Shown here in pieces: positions 1 through 9,118 of a DNA stretch of 30,441 bases; positions within the stretch are counted from its first letter, which is position 1; each line of letters starts with the position of its first letter. Source of the stretch: a virus (Duplodnaviria; Caudoviricetes). The stretch spans positions 1 through 30,441 of the IMG/VR virus record IMGVR_UViG_3300048599_000542; one strand, 5' to 3'. The notes under the pieces are model-generated. The model searched no databases, was not told the DNA's origin, and was given only the letters and a program-made list of their open reading frames with translations. Made by a program: the position numbers and the translations under genes.

Positions 1-1
1 G

Positions 2-841
2 GTCTATTCAATCCGCAATTACAATAAGTTCCAGGTGGTCGGCGCGCCCAAGCGGGACAGGGTGCGGGACGATCACCGGGACGCGAGCGGGACAGCACCG
101 GGACACGAGCGGGACAAAGAAGAAGCAGGGGTAACAGGGGTAACAGGGGAAATATCGGATAGATCTGAACTAATCCTACCATTGTCCGATCCGCGACGCG
201 GATCGGACGAGGTGGGGGCTGGTTCGGTTCCAGCCAAGGGCGAAGGCGATCGGCCTGCCTCCGCTTGTCCGCCCGCGTCGGCTCCCAAGATCGCGAGGCC
301 ATCCGACGACGTCGACGGGTTTGAAAAATTCTGGCGCCAGTCCGATCCGCCTAAGCACGCCGCCAAAGCCAAAGCCCGCACCGCGTGGGCGAGAACGCGG
401 CACATCCGGCCACCCGATGACGTGCTGATTGCCTGCCACGCGGCATACCGGGCGAGCGTGGCGGAGGAAAATTCCCGGCGGCGGCAGGAACGCCCGCCGC
501 GTGCGGCGCTGTCCCTCTGCCACCCGGATACGTTCCTGACCGATCGCCGGTGGGCGGATTTTCTGCACGTCGCGACAGGCAAGCCCGCTGCCGCGCCGCC
601 GCGTCCGGACTGGGGCGAGCGCGGCCATCGACTAGCGGCGGCGATCGGCGGCGATACCGTGTTCGCGGCGTGGTTCGGCGAGGCGGTTCTCGATGATCGC
701 GATGTGGTGACGATCACGGTCGCCAAGGCGTACCAGCGCAAATGGATCGAAGAACACTTCCGGCAGGCACTTGAGCGTGTGTTCGGCGAGAGCGTGCGCG
801 TTGTGTGCGGCCCCGTAAAGGCGGGCGCCTTGGCTGCCTGA
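2..841 (+). CDS. Phage replication initiator, lambda O-like, with C-terminal DnaA N-terminal-like domain (5'-partial)
   Basis: Frame is open from the window edge (VYSIRNYNKFQ, resembling the 'I.NY.KYQ' motif of phage replication proteins); low-complexity iteron-containing linker; CHPDTFLTDRRW motif; C-terminal FAAWFG...ITVAKAYQRKWIEEHF resembles DnaA_N. Confidence 0.7.
   Translation, partial: VYSIRNYNKFQVVGAPKRDRVRDDHRDASGTAPGHERDKEEAGVTGVTGEISDRSELILPLSDPRRGSDEVGAGSVPAKGEGDRPASACPPASAPKIARPSDDVDGFEKFWRQSDPPKHAAKAKARTAWARTRHIRPPDDVLIACHAAYRASVAEENSRRRQERPPRAALSLCHPDTFLTDRRWADFLHVATGKPAAAPPRPDWGERGHRLAAAIGGDTVFAAWFGEAVLDDRDVVTITVAKAYQRKWIEEHFRQALERVFGESVRVVCGPVKAGALAA
53..148 (+). repeat. Iteron-like direct repeats (putative phage origin)
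   Basis: CGGGAC at 53, 65, 77, 88, 99 and 110 (11-12 bp period), then tandem CAGGGGTAA units at ~126-148. Confidence 0.7.
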
Positions 842-989
842 CACACCGCCCGCCATGCGTGATTGGCGGGGGACTAGGCGTTAGCGCGCCTGAACCCGAC
901 GAGCTTGCACTCGTCCCGAAAACATCCCCGGTCGGTGATCCCGGCCCGCCACCCGCGCGCGGGCGGCGCTTGGGTAAGCAAGAGGAATT

Positions 990-1652
990 ATGATTGCAAG
1001 AGTAACCATACCCGGTGCTCGCCGAGTGAAGAAAATCGGCGATAATCTTCTGATTTTGGGGGACACGTTGAAGGTCATGAAGGGGCTGCAAGGCCGCTTC
1101 GACGTCATCGTCTCTGACCCACCCTATGGAATCAACTACAAGCCAGCGAGCACCAACAGCGCCTTGTGGCGCGATGTGAAGGGAATCGTCGGCGATGATC
1201 AGCCGTTCGACCCGGCGCACATGCTGGAAGCCAAAGTGCCGACCGTGTTGTTTGGCGCCAACAATTTCGCCAGCAAATTGCCGGACAGCCGCGGATGGCT
1301 TATTTGGGACAAGCGCCCCGGCATGCGTCCGATGTGCTTTAGTGACTGCGAAATAGCGTGGTCATCGCTGTCGAAACCGGCGCGTATGATCCGCTACGTG
1401 TGGAGCGGGGCATGTCGAGGCCCTGAAACCAAAGATCCGCACTGGCACCCCACGCAGAAACCCATCGAGGTCATGCGCCAGCTAATCGAATATGCCAGCA
1501 GGCCTGGGCAAACGATCCTCGACCCCTACATGGGTAGCGGCACCACTGGTGTTGCTGCGCTTCGCGCTGGCCGCAAGTTCATCGGCATCGAGATTGAGGA
1601 GCGTTGGTTCGTCAATGCGGTCCGCCGGATAACCTGCGAAATGCAGCGCTAG
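990..1652 (+). CDS. Orphan N6-adenine/N4-cytosine DNA methyltransferase (beta class)
   Basis: DPPY catalytic motif before HPTQKP and DPYMGSGTTG SAM-binding motif; GAGG RBS. Confidence 0.92.
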   Translation: MIARVTIPGARRVKKIGDNLLILGDTLKVMKGLQGRFDVIVSDPPYGINYKPASTNSALWRDVKGIVGDDQPFDPAHMLEAKVPTVLFGANNFASKLPDSRGWLIWDKRPGMRPMCFSDCEIAWSSLSKPARMIRYVWSGACRGPETKDPHWHPTQKPIEVMRQLIEYASRPGQTILDPYMGSGTTGVAALRAGRKFIGIEIEERWFVNAVRRITCEMQR

Positions 1653-1670
1653 TGGAGCCTCTATAGCATT

Positions 1671-1697
1671 TGCCCGGCCAGCGATGGCCGGGCATTT
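1671..1697 (+). terminator. Intrinsic terminator-like hairpin between convergent genes
   Basis: TGCCCGGCCA-GCGA-TGGCCGGGCA perfect 10-bp stem followed by TTT. Confidence 0.6.
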
Positions 1698-1762
1698 CCT
1701 CAAGATCTAGGAGAATACGATGGATGTGGCCAGAATTGATCAAGGCGCGGGCAAATTATTGT

Positions 1763-2227
1763 TCACCGAATGGGCGCCAGTTGGGTCTGCATTTTGCAGT
1801 TAGGGCAAACAAATGTGATTGAGGGCAACATGTGGTTTGATCCCGCCGCGGGGTTCAACATTGAAAATTTCTTGTTTTCAAAACAGTTGGGGCAAAAATA
1901 GGGAGAGTGGTCCTTGCCTTCGGGAGGGCCCTTTTCTCGGTATACAAAGCCGCCGGTTCGATTGCGCTCGCGAACGTAACCTACAGCCTTCTCGTCAAAA
2001 CGTTTTGCAGCTTCGATATTTGCCTTAAGTGCCGCGAGTTCTTCCACCGCTTCGTTGCGTTCCTCTTGCAGGGTGGCCGCTTGTTCTCGTGCGGCAAATG
2101 CTAGGTCGAACATTTGGCCCGCTGCGGCACGTAGCTTATCAGGATCATTCGAGTCTCTGACTTCTTTCGCAATCTCATAAAGAGACCGTAACGACTTAAG
2201 CGCAGCGACCCCTTCGCCAATCACCAT
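1763..2227 (-). CDS. Hypothetical accessory protein: N-terminal coiled coil and C-terminal Zn ribbon
   Basis: CPNC...CPNC pairs; ATG at 2227 after AGGTGAG; visibly AT-richer than flanking genes. Confidence 0.7.
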   Translation of the reverse strand: MVIGEGVAALKSLRSLYEIAKEVRDSNDPDKLRAAAGQMFDLAFAAREQAATLQEERNEAVEELAALKANIEAAKRFDEKAVGYVRERNRTGGFVYREKGPPEGKDHSPYFCPNCFENKKFSMLNPAAGSNHMLPSITFVCPNCKMQTQLAPIR

Positions 2228-2280
2228 GTCTCTCACCTGAAAGCTGGATTCGGCTCACATTACGGCATCAGTATTTCTTT

Positions 2281-2646
2281 TTACAGGGGCTGCGCGTCGT
2301 GGGCGGCGGTATCTGAGAGCCGAGAAACGTTCTCATTTGCTATTTGGGTGGGCGTAAGACCTCGCAGCATCTCCGGCGGGGTGATCGGCAAATGTACCGC
2401 CGGATTCGGAATGAGCGGCTGGCGGACAGTGCGGATGGCTTCCATCGCGACGACAAACACATGCCCGCACCCGATCTCATCCGAGCAATGGTAATAGACT
2501 TCGCGATAGGTGCTGTCTTTCTTGCCGCCAGTGCGGGCGAAGGCTTTGGCGCCGCAGTGGGGACAACAGATATGGGGAAGGCGGCTACTCAAGGGGACAC
2601 TCCGGTTGTTGCGTGATGAGGGGGCGTAACACGCGAATAAATTCAT
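2281..2646 (-). CDS. ogr: Ogr/Delta-like zinc-finger late transcription activator (start uncertain, probably further downstream)
   Basis: CPHCG-x-YYHC-x5-CGHVF motif; position directly after gpD as in P2. Confidence 0.88.
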   Translation of the reverse strand: MNLFACYAPSSRNNRSVPLSSRLPHICCPHCGAKAFARTGGKKDSTYREVYYHCSDEIGCGHVFVVAMEAIRTVRQPLIPNPAVHLPITPPEMLRGLTPTQIANENVSRLSDTAAHDAQPL

Positions 2647-2679
2647 ACACTAAGCGCCTCAAATTTACCGTATCGACCA

Positions 2680-3687
2680 TCACGGCGCGGTCTCCAGTTT
2701 GATGGTGGTCGAGAAACCTCTTTCGTCGATGCGGTGATCCACATCGGTCACGAGCCATTCTTGGGCATCAATGGCGGGTTTGAAGCCGGAGACTTTGGTG
2801 CGCTGCTCCGGCGCGGCGTCGGCCCGGCCGAGGGCAAGCGTAAGGTCAAGCGTTGCTGGCATGCGCTTCAGACGGGCCCGTTCGGTTTCGGCGGCGCGGC
2901 GGGCCTCGACTTCGCTGGCGTATACTTTGCGCAGGCGTTTGGAGCCGGTCTTTTCTCCCGCCGTGACGGCCTTTCGCTTGGCGGCGCTCTTGTCGTGCCA
3001 GCTTGCGGTCACCCCTTTGTAGTCGGTGCGGGTTTGGCGGGCCCAGCGGTGACGGTCTCCATCTTTGCGAGTGATGACGAGCTTTGGCAGCGCTGTGCCG
3101 CCAGCCGTCACCCCGGAGCCCTTGCGCGCGAAGATCAGGCTTCCGGCCTTTATCGTGGCAACGGCGTCGTAATCGACTCCCAGGCGGCGCAGGAAGGCGA
3201 TGTCGCTTTCTCGGCTCTGTGTGAGCGAGGCAATCGAGATGCCCGCCAGATCGGCCGCAACGCGCGCTGTGAGGCCGTTGCGCATGGCGATCTCTCGGAG
3301 GACCGTTCCCAATGAGGTGTCGGACCAATGCTGCTCGCGCCGGTCCCGCAGCGCGGCCGTAAAGTCGGCCGACCGCGCCTTCAGGGTGACTTGGTCCGGT
3401 GGGCCGCTGTGTTCGATTTCGTCAACCTTGAACTGTCCCTTGCCGACGAGGCCGGGCACAACGTCAATTCCCTGCTTCCAGCCGATGGCGACCGTCAGGA
3501 CCGCACCGGGCGAAGGCAGATCGAGCAGGCCGTCGCTATCATCAAGCGTGATGTCGAGCTGGTCTGCGTCCTCGCTCCGCCGCTCCGATATCGAGAGACT
3601 GACAAGGCGAGGGCGCATCTTGCCGGTCAAATCCTTCCCGTCGAGGGTGACGGTCCAGTCGGGAATGTTGTTGCGTTTGTCGCTCAC
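2680..3687 (-). CDS. gpD: Phage late control / baseplate hub protein D
   Basis: ADQLDITLDDSDG, DEIEHSGPPD, QSRESDIAFLRRLG motifs; synteny. Confidence 0.93.
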   Translation of the reverse strand: MSDKRNNIPDWTVTLDGKDLTGKMRPRLVSLSISERRSEDADQLDITLDDSDGLLDLPSPGAVLTVAIGWKQGIDVVPGLVGKGQFKVDEIEHSGPPDQVTLKARSADFTAALRDRREQHWSDTSLGTVLREIAMRNGLTARVAADLAGISIASLTQSRESDIAFLRRLGVDYDAVATIKAGSLIFARKGSGVTAGGTALPKLVITRKDGDRHRWARQTRTDYKGVTASWHDKSAAKRKAVTAGEKTGSKRLRKVYASEVEARRAAETERARLKRMPATLDLTLALGRADAAPEQRTKVSGFKPAIDAQEWLVTDVDHRIDERGFSTTIKLETAP

Positions 3688-4106
3688 GCGGCCGTCTCGC
3701 TTGGCTGGCCGCTGGCGGCTTGGCTCGGATCGTCGACGCGGAGCAGGCTGAGCGAGAAATCAATGACCCGCGCTTGGCCGTCTGCCATCAACTCGCTATG
3801 GCGTTCGTCCAGCCCCTCAATCACGTAGAACCCGACAACGTCGCCTTGGCCGGTCACCAGGGCGTAGGCCTCGCCCGCATCGGCCATGTCGCGAAGCTCA
3901 TCGAGCGAAACCTGCCCGTCACAGATCTCAGTCCAGACGGCTCCGCCGAGATTGATGGTCTCTTCGCCGGGGCCGACGAATTGCGTGGCATCACGCGCGC
4001 CCACGCGCTGGGAGCGGGCATGACGCCAACTGGCACGCCGCTGCAGGTCTTCATAGGCAAGGCTTGAGACTTCGAAGATGAACATGCCGAGGGCCAGAAG
4101 CTGCAT
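3684..4106 (-). CDS. gpU: Tail protein U
   Basis: MQLLALGMFIFE...RVGARDATQFVGPGEETI...DFSLSL; start refined to ATG 4106. Confidence 0.92.
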   Translation of the reverse strand: MQLLALGMFIFEVSSLAYEDLQRRASWRHARSQRVGARDATQFVGPGEETINLGGAVWTEICDGQVSLDELRDMADAGEAYALVTGQGDVVGFYVIEGLDERHSELMADGQARVIDFSLSLLRVDDPSQAASGQPSETAA

Positions 4107-4107
4107 G

Positions 4108-6534
4108 CTATTCGTCCTTGTAGGCGCGCCCGGCCTTCTCGCGTTCGATGCGGGCGATCTCTTCCCGAACCGCCCGCGCGATGTCCGGCGCCGCGGCGCC
4201 GTTCGCGTTGATCGTGATCGAATAGTGCCGGACCTGACTGTCACCGCTGGCGGGGGCGGTGGCGCGAGCGGCATCTGGGGCGGCTGCCGCGGGCAGAGAA
4301 ACCGGGCCTGCCACGGCGGCCCCAACGGCGATCGCACGCGTCAACCGTGCCGATAGATCGCCGACGCGCGATAACGGTGCTCCGGTGCCCGCTTCAATGC
4401 CCTGGGCGAGGCCGCTCATCATGTAACCGCCGATGTCGGCGAATACCCGGCTCGGGGAATGGATGCTGAGGGCCTTCCGGATCGGGGCCGGGATCAATTG
4501 CGCAAACGCTGTCAGCTTGCCGATGAGCCAAGCCTTGGCGCCCTCGATGCCGGACCAGATTCCCTGCACGATGTTGCTGCCGATACCGGCCATCATGGCC
4601 GGAACGCGTTGCGTGAGAAACGCCACCCCGTCAGCGAAGAAGGTTTTGATTTTGGCCCAGAGGTTCGCGAGCCATGGGCCGATCGTGTCCCAATTGCGGT
4701 AGATCAGATACACCGCCGTCGCGATCGCGATGATTGCCGCGAGGATGGGATTTGCCATCACTGCCGCGCCGACGATCCGGATACCGACAGCGATTAGCCG
4801 AAGGCCGCCAGATGCGAGGCCTAAGAGAGGTCCAAGTTTTGAAAGGACGAACACCATCGCGGCCCAGCCATTTATCAGAGCGCCGGAGGCAATGCCGATG
4901 CCGCCAAGCGTAACCAGCAACGCGGCGCCCGCCGCCGCCACCATCACGAGTGCCTTGGCAAGTTTCGGATGACGCTCCGACCAATCGGCGAATTTGTTCG
5001 CAACCGCGGTGAGCTTTTCAGCGAGGACCGTCACCGTGGGAAGCAAGAGGGCGCCGACCGAGAGCGCCAGATTCTTCAAGGCGATGTCATTGGCCTTGGC
5101 CTTTTCTGCAGCATCCTGCATGCGCTCGGCAAAGTCCTTTTCGACCGTGCCGGTGGCGCTGAGGGCTTCGCCGCGGATTTTGCGGTATTCCACCATGTTC
5201 TGCAGAATGGGGCGCAACGCGGCTTGGACCTGCATATCGCTGAACAGATAGCTGAGTTTATCCATCTTGCCGCCGAGTGCCTTTTGGGTCAGTTCGGCGA
5301 TGGCTTCGATCGGCGTCTTGCCTTCCGCATAGGCCTTCTTGAGCGCCTTCGGAAGATCCACACCGAACTTCGCAAAGTTCTGGGTGACTTCTCTGGAGTT
5401 CAGCTTGGTGATGAGATTGACGACGTTGTTGGCCGCTTCGTCGGCGCTACCGGCGCCCTTGGTGGCGATTTCGAGGGCGGCGGTCAGGTCGGCGACGGCG
5501 CCGACACCCTTCTGACCGAGGGCGGTATAGCCAGCCGTCAGTGCCGGAAAATACCGCGCCATATCCTTCAGTTCGAATGAGCCGGCCTTTCCGCCCGCGG
5601 CCATGATGTCGAGCGCCTTGCCCACCTCAGTGAGGGGAACTTTGAGATTGTCGAAGACGGCAAAACCCGCGGCCGACAGGTCGCCCATTTCGGCCTTATA
5701 GGCGGTTGCAGCCTTGCCGATCGGCGCCATCATTTTGGCCGCGGTTGCAGCGTCCAGGCCCTTGCCGGTCAAGACGTCCATGCCGCGCTGGATGTCTTCG
5801 GAAAACTGGTTCGTGTTCTTGGCAACGATGCGCAGTTCGCCGCCAAGCTTCTTCGCCGCCGCGCGCGACATATCGGATTTCTGCGCGATGTCGGTCATCA
5901 CCGACTCGTATTCGCGGGCCGAGACGACGGCTTCATACATGGGGGCGGCGGCTGTAACGCCGGTCGCCAAGGTCGCCGCTCCGCCGATCGCCATTCTCTG
6001 CGCGAGCCCAGTGCGCGCGTCATAGCGGCGCCGCGCCGCCGCGGCTCTATCGAGCCGCCCCTGTTGCTCGCTGAGGCGGAGCGAGGTTTGCCGGATACGG
6101 TCGGCGAGGATTTGTTCGTGATGGCTGAGTGCCCCGACCTCGATACCTGCCGCCTTCATTTCGCCGGCCAGATCGTTGAGGCCTTCGGCCTGGCGCTTGG
6201 TGAGGCCTTCAAGGGTCTGAACTTCGCGGCCGGTCTTGGCATAGAGATTTTGCAGCTTCTTGGTCGGGGCTGCCGTTGCCTCCATTTGAGTAGCGAGGGC
6301 CTGTTGCCTCTGGCGGGCTTCGGCGAGTTTTGCCGTCTGCTCGGTGAGGCTCGCCTGCTGGCGCTGATAGGCGGAAATCTGCTTTTGCTGGTTTTGCAGT
6401 GCCTCCAATTCTGTCCGGGTAGCCTTGAGGGCCTTGGCGGCGCGCGAGGTTCCGCCCACGATGTCTTTCATCGGGCCGCTGACGCGGTCCAGAGCATCAA
6501 GGATGAACCGGAGGCGCAACTCGTTCGCCGCCAT
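4108..6534 (-). CDS. gpT: Tail tape measure protein T
   Basis: ~808 aa, Ala-rich helical, TP901-type core, IHSPSRVF motif, hydrophobic segments; start refined to ATG 6534. Confidence 0.93.
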   Translation of the reverse strand: MAANELRLRFILDALDRVSGPMKDIVGGTSRAAKALKATRTELEALQNQQKQISAYQRQQASLTEQTAKLAEARQRQQALATQMEATAAPTKKLQNLYAKTGREVQTLEGLTKRQAEGLNDLAGEMKAAGIEVGALSHHEQILADRIRQTSLRLSEQQGRLDRAAAARRRYDARTGLAQRMAIGGAATLATGVTAAAPMYEAVVSAREYESVMTDIAQKSDMSRAAAKKLGGELRIVAKNTNQFSEDIQRGMDVLTGKGLDAATAAKMMAPIGKAATAYKAEMGDLSAAGFAVFDNLKVPLTEVGKALDIMAAGGKAGSFELKDMARYFPALTAGYTALGQKGVGAVADLTAALEIATKGAGSADEAANNVVNLITKLNSREVTQNFAKFGVDLPKALKKAYAEGKTPIEAIAELTQKALGGKMDKLSYLFSDMQVQAALRPILQNMVEYRKIRGEALSATGTVEKDFAERMQDAAEKAKANDIALKNLALSVGALLLPTVTVLAEKLTAVANKFADWSERHPKLAKALVMVAAAGAALLVTLGGIGIASGALINGWAAMVFVLSKLGPLLGLASGGLRLIAVGIRIVGAAVMANPILAAIIAIATAVYLIYRNWDTIGPWLANLWAKIKTFFADGVAFLTQRVPAMMAGIGSNIVQGIWSGIEGAKAWLIGKLTAFAQLIPAPIRKALSIHSPSRVFADIGGYMMSGLAQGIEAGTGAPLSRVGDLSARLTRAIAVGAAVAGPVSLPAAAAPDAARATAPASGDSQVRHYSITINANGAAAPDIARAVREEIARIEREKAGRAYKDE

Positions 6535-6536
6535 AA

Positions 6537-6710
6537 CTACTCCTTCAGTATCTTGAAGCGCTCGATGGCGAGCGCTCGCCATTCCATCAAATCGCTGAGC
6601 GCCATGTCGTTCATCTCAGACGGTGGCCAATGAAACACCGCTGCGATATCGGCGAAGGCGTCCTCTACGCGCGCGGGAAGCCCTCGAGGTCCGCTTTCTG
6701 CAGAAAAAAA
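6537..6710 (-). CDS. gpE': gpE' extension reached by -1 ribosomal frameshift
   Basis: The -1 frame from the T7 run reads SAESGPRGLPARVEDAFADIAAVFHWPPSEMNDMALSDLMEWRALAIERFKILKE*, containing the P2 E' signature ADIAxxFHWPPS...LxEW. Confidence 0.88.
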   Translation of the reverse strand, partial: FFSAESGPRGLPARVEDAFADIAAVFHWPPSEMNDMALSDLMEWRALAIERFKILKE

Positions 6711-6979
6711 CTTCCGATCTCGGTCGCACAGGCGAAGAGGTCTTCGGACGGCATAGCCGCTGCTTCGGCCTCGGTGATGGTGGGAGACGAGATGCGCGGC
6801 AAGAGCTTGATCATGGCGTTGACGTCCATGCGGGCGAGGTCAGAAAGCGCCAAGCCGCGAAGCTCGCCCGAATTGGGGCGGCGCAGCGTGAGGGCGGCAA
6901 TCTTGTCGTCGCCGCGCTTGATCGCAGTATCGAGCGGTACGTCACGGAATTTCTCGTTTTCGGGTTTGGTGTCGGTCAC
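6665..6979 (-). CDS. gpE: Tail assembly chaperone E
   Basis: LRRPNSGELRGLAL...LPRISSPTIT; GTG at 6979 with GGAG RBS; slippery TTTTTTT near the 3' end. Confidence 0.9.
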   Translation of the reverse strand: MTDTKPENEKFRDVPLDTAIKRGDDKIAALTLRRPNSGELRGLALSDLARMDVNAMIKLLPRISSPTITEAEAAAMPSEDLFACATEIGSFFLQKADLEGFPRA

Positions 6980-7027
6980 GGAATATCTCCAAAGGAAAGG
7001 AGCGCCGGGGCTGGCCCGGCGCAATTA

Positions 7028-7540
7028 TCAGAACATGCCGAGAGCGGCGCGCTGATCCTGAAGCCGGTCAACACCGCCGACGATTTCGACCATGTTGATC
7101 GGGTCGATTTCGATCTCGGTCTTGCCGTTCCAATTGAGCTTGTAATAGGCAAGCTTCATCTTGATCTTGAATTCGCCGTTCTCGCCGGGCTTGGCGTTGC
7201 CAAAGTCGATCTCTTCGTGACGGCCGCGCACGATCACTTCGACCGTGTCGAGCGCACCGGTATCGTGGCTTTGATAGGCACCGACGAAGCGAAGATAGAC
7301 GCCGTCGATTGTGGTTTCGCCATACTGGCGGATGATGTCGAGCATCGGCCCGCCGAAGGTCGCTTCCATTTCCAGGACGTCGCCGCCCTTGTCGAGAGCG
7401 ACGGGTCGATCCATGCCCCCGCCTTTCCACTCTTCGAACTTGCGCGCGAGCTTGGGGAGCGTGACCTCGGAGGCCTCGCCGAGGTAGTTGTTGCCATCAT
7501 TGAACAGCAACATATTTTTGAGGGTCTTGGGCAGAGCCAT
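7028..7540 (-). CDS. gpFII: Major tail tube protein FII
   Basis: MALPKTLKNMLLFNDG...LPKLARKFEEWKGGGM...EIDPINMVEIVGGVD. Confidence 0.95.
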   Translation of the reverse strand: MALPKTLKNMLLFNDGNNYLGEASEVTLPKLARKFEEWKGGGMDRPVALDKGGDVLEMEATFGGPMLDIIRQYGETTIDGVYLRFVGAYQSHDTGALDTVEVIVRGRHEEIDFGNAKPGENGEFKIKMKLAYYKLNWNGKTEIEIDPINMVEIVGGVDRLQDQRAALGMF

Positions 7541-7565
7541 TTTGTGTCCCTATGGTGTGAGAACG

Positions 7566-8750
7566 TTAGGCGGCCGAAAGCTGGGCGCCGAATTGGGCGA
7601 AGTAGCTGTCGGTAATGCGCTGATTGAAACCGAGGTCTTCGAGCGGCGGGGGCACCGTGAAATCGTAATCGATGCGCAGCTTTCCGGCCTTGAGACTGGA
7701 AGTGCTGTTTTGCGCCGCGTCGTACCAGCACGAGCCGCCGAGAATGATCCCGCGGGCTTTCATCGCGCGCATGAAGCCGTTGATGGTTTCGACGATGTCG
7801 GTCACGAGAGCGGGCGTCAGCGGTTTATCGATCGCCCATTCCATGCCTTCGCCGATCGTGTCGGCGACAAGCTGGGCAACGCGGACGGTGCTTTCGAAGA
7901 CGAAAAGCCCGCTGTCGTCGCAGGTGCGATTGCCCCAGAAGCGGAAACCGCTCGACGTGCGCACAAGGGCGGTGATTTCTTTGGCGTTGAGGAGAGCTGC
8001 CTCGGTTGTATCGCTGTGTAGATCCCACTGAATGTCCTTGGTGAGGCCGGTAACTCCGTCGACGACGACATTGGAGAGGGTTTTGTGCGGACCGGTGTCC
8101 TGGTCGATCTTGGCGCGCAGGCCGAGCGCGCGGGAGACGCCGTAGCTCGGGGCGGTTGCGGCCGCCACGGTGTCGAAGGTGAGGAAATCGGGATAGAGCA
8201 GCATGACCTCGCGCGCCGCGAAATTGGTGCGATAGGCGATCGCCTCGGCAATAGTCTCGCCATGGGCGGAGGCATAGACGAAGCCGCGAAGCTTCTTTGC
8301 CACCACGATGAGCGCGGCGGTGACCGCCTGGGTGTCGAGGCCCGGCGCACCAAGAATGCGGGGCCGCACACCAAGCTGGCTCTCGGCAGCAAGAAGGGCC
8401 TGCATCCCGGTCTTGAGGCCTGCGGTGTCGTCGCCGATGACCTTGGTGGTCTGGTCTGCGGCGACCGCCTCGGCGTTTGCACCTTCGCCGACGCCCACGC
8501 GGACCACGACCACAACCGGGCAGGTCTGATCGGCGATGTCGCGCAAAGCTTTGTGCAGCGTGCCGGTTTTTCCGGCCTTACCTATCGCGGTCTCAATGTC
8601 GGTGATGAGGGCGGGGCGGTCGAGCGGGAACGTTGCGGCGTCGGCATCGGGCGCGGTAGCGACGAGGCCGATAATGGCGGTCGAGGTCTCGGTGAGCGTG
8701 CGCGAGCCATCGGTGATTTCGATGACGGTAATGCCGTGTTTGAAGGGCAT
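7566..8750 (-). CDS. gpFI: Major tail sheath protein FI
   Basis: HGITVIE, PRILGAPG, GFRFWGNRT, DYDFTVPPPLEDL motifs; start refined to ATG 8750 (GGAGG RBS). Confidence 0.95.
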   Translation of the reverse strand: MPFKHGITVIEITDGSRTLTETSTAIIGLVATAPDADAATFPLDRPALITDIETAIGKAGKTGTLHKALRDIADQTCPVVVVVRVGVGEGANAEAVAADQTTKVIGDDTAGLKTGMQALLAAESQLGVRPRILGAPGLDTQAVTAALIVVAKKLRGFVYASAHGETIAEAIAYRTNFAAREVMLLYPDFLTFDTVAAATAPSYGVSRALGLRAKIDQDTGPHKTLSNVVVDGVTGLTKDIQWDLHSDTTEAALLNAKEITALVRTSSGFRFWGNRTCDDSGLFVFESTVRVAQLVADTIGEGMEWAIDKPLTPALVTDIVETINGFMRAMKARGIILGGSCWYDAAQNSTSSLKAGKLRIDYDFTVPPPLEDLGFNQRITDSYFAQFGAQLSAA

Positions 8751-8758
8751 GAAGCCTC

Positions 8759-9118
8759 CTATGCGAGACGGGTGAGAGGGACGATTAGGGTGGTTGCAGT
8801 CGGGACCGGCCGGTCGGTGCGGGTTCCTTCGATGGTGAGGCTTGCTTTGCCGGGTGTGGCGCCCGCCGACAGCCTTACGCGCCGGATGGCGAGGCGAGGC
8901 TCCCACCGGCTTAAGGCCGTTGCAGTGGCGGCATAGAGCTTCAGAGCGGTCGTCGGGCCGAACGGCTGGTCGAGCAGTTCGGGAAGAAGTGAGCCGTAGT
9001 CGCGGCGCGCCACCCGCGAGCCGATGGGCGTCGTCAGGATATCGGCGACCGACTGTTTCAGGTGGGCGTCGGTTGTCACGGTGAGCGCGGCGCCCGTGTT
9101 TCGGTTCATTCCGCTCAT
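8759..9118 (-). CDS. gpW: Baseplate wedge protein W (gp25-like)
   Basis: HLKQSVADILTTPIGSRVARRDYGS...RWEPR. Confidence 0.93.
   Translation of the reverse strand: MSGMNRNTGAALTVTTDAHLKQSVADILTTPIGSRVARRDYGSLLPELLDQPFGPTTALKLYAATATALSRWEPRLAIRRVRLSAGATPGKASLTIEGTRTDRPVPTATTLIVPLTRLA

Noticed and set aside
4107-4337. Extended N-termini given by the ORF track for gpU, gpT, FI, S, R, L and O
   Set aside because: They overlap upstream genes or structured RNA; family-typical N-termini and RBSs point to the downstream starts used above
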